Source: Pristiophorus japonicus (Eukaryota). Taken from it: a stretch of 64,000 nucleotides of DNA. The notes beneath the pieces are model-generated. The model was not told the DNA's origin and did no database searches. It saw nothing but the letters and a program-made list of their open reading frames with translations. This document shows, one piece after another, positions 52,131 through 62,135 of the stretch. A program made the position numbers and the translations under genes. Positions within the stretch are counted from its first letter, which is position 1, and each line of letters begins with the position of its first letter. The stretch covers positions 620,001-684,000 of the forward strand of contig NW_027251843.1 in NCBI RefSeq assembly GCF_044704955.1. The letters are read 5' to 3'.

Positions 52131-52745
52131 TGTACATGTGTGTGTGGGAGGAGATTAAATGGGTGGTAGGGTCCATGATAGGGTGGGGAGTACATGGTGT
52201 GTGTGGGAGGAGATTAAATGGGTGGTAGGGTCCATGATAGGGTGGGGTGTACATGGTGTGTGGGAGGAGATTAAATGGGTGGTAGAGTCCATGATAGGGT
52301 GGGGAGTACATAGTGTGTGTGGGAGGAGATTAAATGGGTGGTAGAGTCCATGATAGGGTGGGGAGTACATGGTGTGTGTGGGAGGAGATTAAATGGGTGG
52401 TAGGGTCCATGATAGGGTGGGGAGTACATAGTGTGTGTGGGAGGAGATTAAATGGGTGGTAGAGTCCATGATAGGGTGGGGAGTACATAGTGTGTGTGGG
52501 AGGAGATTAAATGGGTGGTAGAGTCCATGATAGGGTGGGGAGTACATAGTGTGTGTGGGAGGAGATTAAATGGGTGGTAGGGTCCATGATAGGGTGGGGA
52601 GTACATGGTGTGTGTGGGAGGAGATTAAATGGGTGGTAGAGTCCATGATAGGGTGGGGTGTACATGGTGTGTGGGAGGGGATTAAATGGGTGGTAGGGTT
52701 CATGATAGGGTGGGGTGTACATGGTGTGTGGGAGGGGATTAAATG
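52131..52745. repeat. G-rich minisatellite, ~58-60-bp unit (GTGTGTGGGAGGAGATTAAATGGGTGGTAGGGTCCATGATAGGGTGGGGAGTACAT)
   Basis: About 10 copies. Further units at 51318-51403 and a partial unit at 46704-46722. Confidence 0.95.
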
Positions 52746-53164
52746 AGCTAATGGGTAAAAGACCTTTTATCATTCTAGTTATTTGATATTTTGAAGAAAA
52801 ATAAAATCAGGGAGAGTTCAGCTCGCTCCCCCTTGACCTTGGAAATTACGGTTGGGTGAAAGAAAGAAAGAGACAGACTTGCATTTATATAGCGCCTTTC
52901 ACATCCTCAGGATGACAAAGCACTTTACAGCCAATGAAGTACTTTTTGAAGTGTAGTCACTGCTGTAATGTAGGAAACGTGGCAGCCCATTTGTGCACAG
53001 CAAGCTCCCACAAACAGCACTGTGATAATGAGCTGATAATCTGTTTCAGGGATGATGGTTGAGGGTGAAAGAGGAAAGTGTGTCCTATTCTCCTGAACAG
53101 TCAGTCCATGGGTTTTTTATTAATTCATGGAATGTGGGCGTTGCTGGCAAGGCCGGCATTTATT

Positions 53165-54160
53165 ATAAGAACATAAGAAATAGGAGCAGGAGTAGGTCAT
53201 TTGGCCCCTCGAGCCTGCTCCGCCATTTAATAAAAAGCAAGGGAGCCAGTACTGAGCCCTGCGGAACCACACTGGATACAGCCTTCCAGTAAGAAATACA
53301 CCCATCAACCATTACCCTTTGCTAACTGCCTCTGAACCAATTTTGAATCCAACTTGTCACTTTGACCTGGATCCCATGGGCTATTACTTTTGTGACCAGT
53401 CTGCCATGTGGGACCTTCTCAAAAGCCTTTTTAAAATCCATATACATTGCATCATACGCACTGCCCTCAGCGACTCTCCTCAAAAAATTGAATCAAGTTA
53501 TTCAGACACGACCTTCCCTGAACAAATCCATGCTGACTGTCCTTGATTAATCCGTGTTTTGTCAAATGAAGATTCCTCCAATTCCGCCCCCGAGGTTAGG
53601 CTGACTGACCTGTAGTGACTCGATCTATCCCTTGCTCCATTTTTAAACAAAGGTACCACGTTTGCAGTCCTCCAGTCCTCCGGTACCTGGGATTGCAATG
53701 TCAGCATCGCCCCTCTCGGCCAGCTCGGTCAGTAGTGGTGCTACCGAGACACTCTTGGTGATGGACAGTGAAGTCCCCCACCCAGAGTACATTCTGTGCC
53801 CTTGCTACTCTCAGTGCTTCTTCCAAGTGGTGTTCAACATGGAGGAGCACTGATTCATCAGTTGAGGGAGGGCAGGAGGTGGTAATCAGCAGGAGGTTTC
53901 ATTGCCCGTGTTTGACCTGATGCCATGAGACTTCATGGGGTCCGGACTCAATGTTGAGGACTCCCAGGGCCACTCCCTCCCGACTGTGTACCACTGAGCT
54001 GCCACCTCGGGTGATGGAGGAGTCTGGGACATTGGCTGAAAGGTATGATTCTGTGAGTAGGACTATGTCAGGCTGGTGCTTGACTAGTCTGTGGGGCAGC
54101 TCTCCCACTTTTGGCACAAGTCCCCAGATGTTGGTGAGGAGGATGTTGCAGGGTCAGCAC
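53165..54160 (-). mobile_element. Mosaic of CR1 fragments and another LINE endonuclease fragment
   Basis: VPEDWRTANVVPLFK; PKVGELPHRLVKHQPDIVLLTESYL. Confidence 0.75.
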
Positions 54161-54179
54161 TGAGCCTGGGTCCACTGTC

Positions 54180-54390
54180 CTAGCCGGTCCGAGCTGCTGT
54201 TATTCTGCCTGATTGGACAGTTATTATTAGAGACTCAGACCACAGCAGAAATCCCCCGTGCAAAAAATAACTGAAGAGACTGTCAGATCGGAAGAATGAA
54301 ACTTCACCCACAGAGGAAGTGAAAGAGGGAGGTTGTCACAGCTGTACGTTTGTTAATGACACGGGAGAAAACTGTGAACCGCGCTCACAG
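54180..54390. promoter_or_regulatory. Candidate B-cell enhancer module, copy B (about 2.7 kb upstream of V-kappa)
   Basis: Non-TE sequence with EICE GGAAGTGAAA 54315-54324, E-box CAGCTG 54339-54344, RUNX ACCACA, kB-like AGAAATCCCC and ATTGG. Function is inferred. Confidence 0.5.
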
Positions 54391-54489
54391 CCTCGAATCT
54401 TACAGCACAGAAGGAGGCCATTCGGCCCATCGTGCCTTTGCCGGCTCTTTCAAAGAATTACCCAATTAGTCCCACTCCTCACCAGTTAA

Positions 54490-56115
54490 AGAACATAAGA
54501 AATAGGAGCAGGAGTAGGCCTCATGGCCCCTCGAGCCTGCTCCGCTATTTAATACGATCATGGCCGATACGATCATGGATTCAGCTCCACATCCCTCCCC
54601 GCTCCCCATAACCCCTTATTCCCATGTCGGTTAAGAAACTGTCTATCTCTGTCTTAAATTTATTCAACGACCCAGCTTCCACAGCTCTCTGAGGCAGCCA
54701 ATTCCACAGATTTACAACCCTCAGAGAGAAGAAATTCCTCTAATCTATTTTAAATGGGAGTCCCCTTATTCTAAGATCATGCCCTCTAGTTCAATTCTCC
54801 CCCTCAGTGGAAACATCCTCTCTGCATCCATTTTGTCAAGCCCCCTCATAATCTGATACGTTTCAATAAGATCACCTCTCATTCTTCTGAATTCGAATGA
54901 GCAGATGCCCAACCTACTCAACTTTTCCTCATAAATCAACCGCCTCATCTCCTGAATCAACCTAATGAACCTTCTCTGACCTGCCTCCAAAGCAAGTATA
55001 TCCTTTCTTAAATATGGAATCCAAAATTAGTGTGTCCACACCAATACCCTGTATAGCTGTAGCAAGACTTCCCTGCTTTTACACTCCGTCCCCTTTGCAA
55101 TAAAGGCCAAGATTCCATTGGCCTTCCTGATCACTTACTGTATCTGCATACTAACATTTTGTGTTTCATGCACAAGTACCCGTTGCACCACAGCACTTTG
55201 CAATCTTTCTCCATTTAAATAATAACTTGCTCTTTGATTTTTTTTTCTGCCAAAGTGCATGACCTCACACTTTCCAACATTGTACACCATCTGCCAAATT
55301 TTTGCCCACTCACTGCCTACGTCCTTTTGCAGGTTTTTTGTGTCCTCCTCACACATTGCTTTTCCTCCCATCTTTGTATCGTCAGAAAACGTGGCTACAT
55401 TATATTCGGTTCCATCATCCAAGTCGTTAATATATATTGTAAATAGTTGGGGTCCCCGCACTGATCCCTGCGGCACCCCACTAGTTACTGATTCCCAACC
55501 TGAAAATGAACCATTTTTGCAGACTCTCTGTTTTCTGTTAGTTAGCCAATCGTCTATCCATGCTAACATATTACCCCCAACCCTGTGAATTTTTATCTTG
55601 TGCAGTAACCTCTTACGTGGCATTTTGTCAAATGCCTTCTGGAGGTCCAAATACACCACATCCACTGGTTCCCCTTTATCCACCCTGCTCATTGCATCCT
55701 CAAAGAATTCTGCACATTTATCAAACATGACTTCCCCTTCATAATTCCATGCTTACTCTGCCTGACTGAATTATGATTATCTAAATGTCCTGCTACTGCT
55801 TCTTTAATAATGGACTCCAACATTTTCCCAACCACAGATGTTAGGTTAATTGGTCTATAGTTTCCTGCTTTTTGTCTGCCTCCTTTTGTAAATAGGGGCG
55901 TTACATTTGCAGTTTTACAATCTGCTGGGACCTCCCAAGAATACAGGGAATTTTGGTAAATTACAACCAATGAATCCACTGTCCCTGCCGTGACTTTTCA
56001 TAAGACCCTGGGATGCAAGCCATCAGATCCAGGGGATTTATTCGCCTTTAGTCCCATGATCTTACTGAGTACCACCTCCTTAGTGATTGTGATTGTGTTA
56101 AGTTCCTCGCCCCCG
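54490..56115 (-). mobile_element. CR1 ORF2 3' half with tail
   Basis: NYRPINLTSVVGK, GVPQGS, FSDDTK, MRGDLIETY. Confidence 0.92.
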
Positions 56116-56151
56116 TAACCCAGCAAATTGTTCCTTTTCAAGTATATATCC

Positions 56152-56320
56152 AGTAGGAAGGAGCCATGTTTCCTGGGCCCTATTGGATGTCCAATAGAAA
56201 GGAGCCATCTTTCCTATTCCCTATTGGAGGACCAATAGGAAGGATCCATGTTTCCTGGTCCCTGTTGGGGGACCAATAGGAAGGAGCCATGTTTCCTGAG
56301 CCCTATTGGAGGACCAGTGG
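56152..56320. repeat. About 4 copies of a ~43-bp unit containing CTATTGG-N4-CCAATAG palindromes
   Basis: AGGAAGGAGCCATGTTTCCTG.GCCCTATTGG....CCAAT repeated. Confidence 0.85.
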
Positions 56321-56895
56321 GACATGGAGTCCATGGTCGACGTGGAGTGCGGACCCTTCCTGTTGTAAATGTGGGATCGTCGGACCTGATCCCAGTAAAA
56401 ACACCCTGACCTGGAGCGGGGCCATGGAAGGGGAAGGAGAGGGGAAGGGATTCGAAGATGTTCTGAGCGGACAGGATGGGGCAGTGGCTCAGACCCTGTC
56501 CTGTCGCTCCAGCTCACACTGATGCGGTGAGGATCTCCTCTCTCTGCTGGGCCTTCATGAAATGAACTTTCTGTCCAAACCGGTCCCCACTGAGAATAGG
56601 CCCTTAATTGGGCAATAAACAGCAGGTGTACTGAGAGAGGCCAAGGGATGGCCACTGTGGGGAATGGGGCCTTACTCCAGGAGAAGGCATGCTCTGGGGT
56701 CAAGGGTTAACATCCATTGGTGGGGTAGGGCACAGGGAGGTTTACTCTGCATTTCAGTGTGCTGCACCTGGGAGTCTGTGGGGGAGAGGGAGAAAGAGGT
56801 AGGATGGAGAGATAGAGAGGGAGGGATGGAGAGAGAGAGGGGGAATGGAGAGAGAGAGGAAGGGAGAGGGAGGTGAAGAGGGAGGGAGAGAAGAA

Positions 56896-56993
56896 GAGGA
56901 AGTGAAATGTGCTGACGTGGCTTTCTCTGGGTGAAGACATTTACATACTGAGGGATGGGCAGTGAGACTCTCTCAGGCTGCAGGTTTATAAAG
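56896..56993 (+). promoter_or_regulatory. V-kappa promoter: Ets-IRF composite element, CRE-like site, variant octamer, TATA box
   Basis: GGAAGTGAAA 56898-56907, TGACGT near 56913, ATTTACAT 56939-56946 (1 mismatch to ATTTGCAT), TATAAA 56987-56992, about 60 nt before the leader ATG. Confidence 0.75.
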
Positions 56994-57051
56994 CAGGGCC
57001 CAGTGAAGGGCAGTTTATCAGTAAGCAGGCACAGGGACAGGAGGAGACACC

Positions 57052-57100
57052 ATGATTTCACCCATCCAGCTGATCTGGCCTCTGGCATTCTGCGTCACAG
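57052..57100 (+). CDS. IGKV: Ig kappa-type light chain leader exon (MISPIQLIWPLAFCVT-G)
   Basis: ATG in Kozak-like context (gacaccATG), 49-nt hydrophobic signal-peptide exon ending in phase 1 at AG|GTACCA (donor 57101). Closely resembles shark type III/NS4 kappa leaders as I recall them. Confidence 0.92.
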
Positions 57101-57287
57101 GTACCAATCTCTCTCCTTCCACGTTTAATATCTCCCTGCTGTCGATTTCTGTCCAACTCTACTGACCAGTGATTGAAGGGCAAATGCTGACACCAGAGGA
57201 GAGCTCAGTGTCTCGAGCAATCTCTCATTTTACAGCGTCTTTCTGTGACAGTGCTTACATCACTTTCTTTCCCCATTTCCCCCTCAG

Positions 57288-57586
57288 GTATCAGTGGGGA
57301 CATCATCATGACCCAGTCTCCCCCGGTGCTGTCAGTGAGTGAGGAACAGACTGCAACCATCACCTGTACCGCCAGTGCATCCGTTAGCAATGATGTTCAA
57401 TGGTACCAGCAAAAAGCCGGGCAGAAACCCACTCTGCTGATTTATAAAGCAGTATCTCATTTCACTGGAACCTCCGATCGCTTCACCGGCAGTTACCAGT
57501 CCAACACGTTCACCCTGAGCATCAGCAACGTGCAGAGCGAGGATGTTGCAGACTATTACTGTGGGCAAGATAACAGCTTCCCTCTA
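57288..57586 (+). CDS. IGKV: Ig kappa-type light chain V exon, germline (unrearranged), open frame
   Basis: Polypyrimidine acceptor ...ccccatttccccctcag|GT, in phase with the leader. Encodes GISG-DIIMTQSPPVLSV..TATITC..WYQQKAGQKPTLLIY..DRFTGS..FTLSISNVQSEDVADYYC-GQDNSFPL with all V-set hallmarks (Cys23, Trp, D-x-A-x-YYC) and no stop codons. Confidence 0.96.
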
Positions 57587-57614
57587 CACTGTGATACACA
57601 GCCGTACAAAAACC
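57587..57614 (+). other. V recombination signal sequence, 12-bp spacer (12-RSS)
   Basis: Heptamer CACTGTG 57587-57593, spacer ATACACAGCCGT (12 nt), perfect nonamer ACAAAAACC 57606-57614. V-12RSS with J-23RSS is the kappa-type polarity. Confidence 0.96.
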
Positions 57615-57899
57615 TCAATATACACAGCCCCACCTCCTGTACTGACTCACCCCACAGTTATATATAATATATAATAATGGACACACAGCCCCACCTCCTG
57701 TACGGTTTTACACATGACTGACACACAGCTCGATGGGAGTGATGGCAGGAATATTCAGCTGGAAGCTGCAGTGAATTGGGAAAGGATGCAGTGGGTCAGA
57801 GAGGATTTGGGGCTGTGTCTTCATCACTGAGAATCTCACAGCTCTACTCTGTACATTCAGACAGCACGGAGACACTGGGTGGTCCCTGTGTCCTCAATA

Positions 57900-58695
57900 C
57901 AAATAATCTCACAAATCCCCCACTATTGAGAGGGCCACAACTTATAAAACCCAAAGTATAAACATGAAAGGAAAGTGAACAAGTGAAATGGTCGTGCTCG
58001 TTCCCTGCCCACCCCACACTCCAGGCCCTGCGGTGCCCATCCGTCGCAGAAGGTCTCAGGCCTACCTTGAGCTCCATCCCCAGGGTCACCGGGGTACGGT
58101 CAAAGCTCTCGAAGGGAGACAGGCTGGCAGTGCAGCCACCCCATGGGCCCCGTCCAACTGGGACCTGTGCATGGCCACCTTGGCCAGACCCAGGAGCAGG
58201 CCCACGGGGAGGCCCTCCGACCTGCCCGCTCTCCCCGCTACGGGTGGCCAGGCCCAGGAGCAGGCCCACGGGGAGGCCCTCCGACCTGCCCACTCCCCCC
58301 GCACTGGGTGACCAGGCCCAGGAATGTGGGACTGAAGTGGAGCCAGAAATCGAGGAGCAGCCCCTTCAAATAGTGGAAGAGGGGCTGCACCCTCTCACAC
58401 TCCACATACACATGATTCACGGAATGAGGAAACAGGTTTCTAAAGCCGCTGAAACTCGTTATTTTATAATGATCCACGAGGAAGGCCTGTGTCAGCAACA
58501 CAAACATCTCGCTTGCAGACGGAGCCCGTTGTTCGAGGGGCACAAAGAGGTGAGCCCTGTGTGACAGGGACTTTCATTCTCCAGCAATTCCGTGGCCCCA
58601 GGGTTACCGTCTGATGGGGCGGGAAGGGCAGCTGGGAGATTTGTCCCAAACACGTCGGATCCCCAACTCTCCCGGGCACTGCCACAGGCAACTCG
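57900..58695 (-). mobile_element. Tx1/L1-clade LINE ORF2 C-terminal fragment inside the V-J interval
   Basis: HVYVECERVQPLFHYLKGLLLDFWLHFSPT and VGLLLGLAKVAMHRS motifs. Short internal duplication at about 58185-58325. Confidence 0.75.
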
Positions 58696-58697
58696 GA

Positions 58698-59012
58698 CAC
58701 AGAGAGAGAGGGAGGGAGAGAGTGAGGGACAGGGAAAGAGAGTGAGTGAGGGACGGAGTGAGGGACAGGGAAAGAGAGAGAGTGAGTGAGTGAGGGATGG
58801 AGTGAGGGAGATGGAGGGGAAGTGAGTGAGGGAGGGAGGTGGAGGGGGAGTGGGAGAGGGGGAAAGAGTGAGAGGTAGTCAGAGAGAAACAGAATGTGTG
58901 AGAGAAAGAGAGTGAGAAAGAGAGAGAAAAAATGAGGGAGAGTGAGACGCTGAGAAAGACACAGACACACACACACACAGACAGAGAGAGGGGGAGAGAG
59001 ACTGAGTGAGCC
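58698..59012. repeat. Polypurine (GA/GAGT) and (CA)n low-complexity tract immediately 5' of the J RSS
   Basis: Visible directly in the sequence. Confidence 0.9.
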
Positions 59013-59021
59013 AGGGACGGA

Positions 59022-59060
59022 GGATAGTGTACAGCCACTGCACTGGAAGCTGTCACTGTG
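59022..59060 (-). other. J recombination signal sequence, 23-bp spacer (23-RSS)
   Basis: Top strand GGATAGTGT (59022-59030, 6/9 to GGTTTTTGT), 23-nt spacer 59031-59053, CACTGTG 59054-59060 (consensus CACAGTG on the minus strand) abutting J. Confidence 0.88.
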
Positions 59061-59095
59061 GCTCACGTTCGGTAAAGGAACCAAGCTCAGACTGA
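59061..59095 (+). CDS. IGKJ: Ig kappa-type light chain J segment (LTFGKGTKLRL)
   Basis: FGxG motif, preceded by the 23-RSS and followed by a consensus phase-1 donor GTAAGT at 59096. Confidence 0.95.
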
Positions 59096-59194
59096 GTAAG
59101 TAAACCCCAATCCTCCGTTATTAACACTTTAAATACTGAATCTTTCTAAGACACAAATGTTGAATATGCGAAGGTGTTAGTTTACATATGATTA

Positions 59195-59625
59195 CACTCG
59201 ATCCTCCCGTCTTTCCTCATCTAAATCTATCAGCATAACCCTCTATTCCCTTCTCCCTCATATCCCTGTCTAGCCTCCCCTTAAATACATCGATACTATT
59301 CACTTCAATCACTCCCTGTGGTAACCAGTTCCATATTCTCACCACTTGCTGGGTAAAGAATTTTCTCCTGAATTCCCGATTGGATTTCTTGCTGACTATC
59401 TAATATTGATGGTCTCTAGTTCTGCTCTTCCCCACAAGTGGAAACACTCTCTCTGTATCCACTCTATCAAAACCTTTCCTTATGTTAAAGACCTCTATCA
59501 GGTCACCCCCTCAGCCTCAAGAGAAAAGAGCCCCAGCCTGTTCATCCTTTCCTGATATGTACACCCTCACATTTCTAGTCCCATCCTTGTCAACCTTCTC
59601 TGCACCCTCTCCAGTGCCTGTGTAT
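59195..59625 (-). mobile_element. Old CR1 3' fragment
   Basis: Degenerate GDLIEVF..KG.DRVD..RVFPL on the minus strand. Confidence 0.65.
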
Positions 59626-60640
59626 GGGTTATATAATATGGTGGGGAGCTGCGGTGAATGAAAGGGTTAATTGAAGAGTGCTGTGTATGACAGGGAGCCC
59701 GGCTGTATTCCTTTACCCACACTCCCCCTTCACCCAGCAAAGTATAAGTAACGAACTGTTACCCACCGTGTGGAGGAGATCTGGACGTTGGCACACTGCG
59801 GTCCCATCCCTGCACCATCCCCGGAAATCATTCCCTAGCCTCCTGCCTGTCTCAGTGTGACAGACACGGTGTGTGAGACACGGGCAGAGTGTGGGTGTGA
59901 GTGAGTGAGCTCGCTGGGGGCAGTCTGTGCTCCTGTCACAGTCTCTGATATAACTGAGCTCAGCCTCAGCACACTGACACTCCCGAGGTCCCGCCTCCCC
60001 CAGCTCCAACTCTGATCTGTCCAGCCCCCGCTCACCTCCTGTCCAACTTCTGATCACAAACAGGGGCAGCAGGGCTCGCAATCCGGCGGCTGCAGTGCTC
60101 CAGGGTTGTGGGGAGACTCTCAGTTGCTGTTTCTGTGTCCCGAGTTCAGGCCTATATTCATCCCTCGACCTACATCGCTTAAAAATCTCAATTACCTCAT
60201 TGCTGTGTGTGGGAGCTTGCTGTGCACAAATTGGTTGCCGTGTTTCCCACATTACAACAGTGACTGCACTTCAAAAATGTACTTCATTGGCTGTGAAGCA
60301 CTTTGGGACATCCTCAGGTGTCAAAGGCGCTATATAAATGCAGGTGTAAAGGGAGCTTGGGGTGTGGGTTCGAATCCCCACTCCACTGAGGTTCTGTACG
60401 TGCGATTTATGAGGATGGGTGAGTAATGAGGCACCAGACACAGTGGCTAAGAGTATAAAATGGCTAATGTTGTTTATTTACAATAGTAAACACAAAGATA
60501 GAGGGCATAGGAAGAGGTCGTAAATAGCAGTAATGGCACAATCTCACTCAACAACACGAAAAATTCTCGCAACAGGGAAGGGGAAGATCAGAGGTTGAAA
60601 CATTCCACCCACACACAAACCCACCTCCCACTTCCACCCT

Positions 60641-61942
60641 TAAGAACATAAGAACATAAAAATTAGGAACAGGAGTAGGCCATCTAGCCCCTCGAGCCTG
60701 CTCCGCCATTCAATAAGATCATGGCTGATCTGGTCGTGGACTCAGCTCCACTTACCCGCCCTCTCCCCGTAACCCTTAATTCCCTTATTGGTTAAAAATC
60801 TATCTATCTTTGACTTGAAAACATTCAATGAGCTAGCCTCAACTGCTTCCTTGGGCAGAGAATTCCACAGATTCACAACCCTCTAGAGAAGAAATTCTTT
60901 CTCAACTCGGTTTTAAATTGGCTCCTCCGTATTTTGAGGCTGTGCCCCCTAGTTCTAGTCTCCCCGACCAGTGGAAACAACCTCTCTGCCTCTATCTTTT
61001 CTATCCCTTTCATGATTTTAACTGTTTCTATAAGATCCCCCCTCATCCTTCTGAACTCCAAGGAGTAAAGACCCAGTCTACTCAATCTATCATCATAAGG
61101 TAACCCCCTCATTTCTGGAATCAGCCTAGTGAATAGTCTCTGTACCCCTTCCAAAGCTAGTATATCCTTCCTTAAGTAAGGTGATCAAAACTGCACGCAG
61201 TACTCCAGGTGCAGCCTTACCAATACCTTATACAGTTGCAGCAAGAACTCCCTGCTTTTGTACTCCATCCCTCTCGCAATGAAGGCCAACATTCCAAACA
61301 CCTTCCTGATTACCTGCTGCACCTGCAAACTAACCTTTTGGGAATCATGCACAAGGACCCCCAGGTCCCTCTGCACCGCAGCATGTTGTAATTTCTCCCC
61401 ATTCAAATAATATTCCCTTTTACTGTTTTTTTTCCCAAGGTGGATGACCTCACACTTTCCGACATTGTATTCCATCTGCCAAACCTTAGCCCATTCGCTT
61501 AACCTATCCAAATCTCCTTGCAGCTTCTCTGAGTCTTCTACACAACCTGCTTTCCCACTAATCTTAGTGTCATCTGAAAATGTTGTTGCACTAACTCTGT
61601 CCCCTCTTCTAGGTCATCTATGAATATTGTAAACAGTCCCAGCACCGATCCCTGTGGCACACCACTAACCACTGATTTCTAACCGGAAAAGGACCCATTT
61701 ATCCCGACTCTCTGCTTTCTGTTAGCCAGCCAATTCTCTATCCATGCCAACACATTTCCACTGACTCCGCGTACCTTTATCTTCTGCAGTAACCTTTTGT
61801 GTGGCACCTTATCGAATGCCTTTTGGAAATCTAAATACACCACATCCATCGGTACACCTCTATCCACCATGCTCGTTATATCCTCAAAGAATTCCAGTAA
61901 GTTAGTCAAACATGATTTCCCTTTCATGAATACATGCTGCAT
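60641..61942 (-). mobile_element. CR1 ORF2 3' part with (AAGAACAT)n tail
   Basis: KSCLTNLLEFFE, LVRLHLEYCVQF, MRGDLIETV. Confidence 0.93.
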
Positions 61943-62135
61943 CCTTTTTTACCTTCTTCCCAATTCCTGTCCTAAATTGTGTCTGTGAGGGGGTTTGGGC
62001 TACACTCACAATCCTATCAACTCTGGGGTTCTGGGGGCAATTATTTCAGGTCGGGGTCCCTCTGGGGTGGATTTTACGTTGTTGGTCAGTTCGGTTTTAC
62101 TCCTCGATGTTGCGTCGGTTGCCTCTCGGTTGGCT

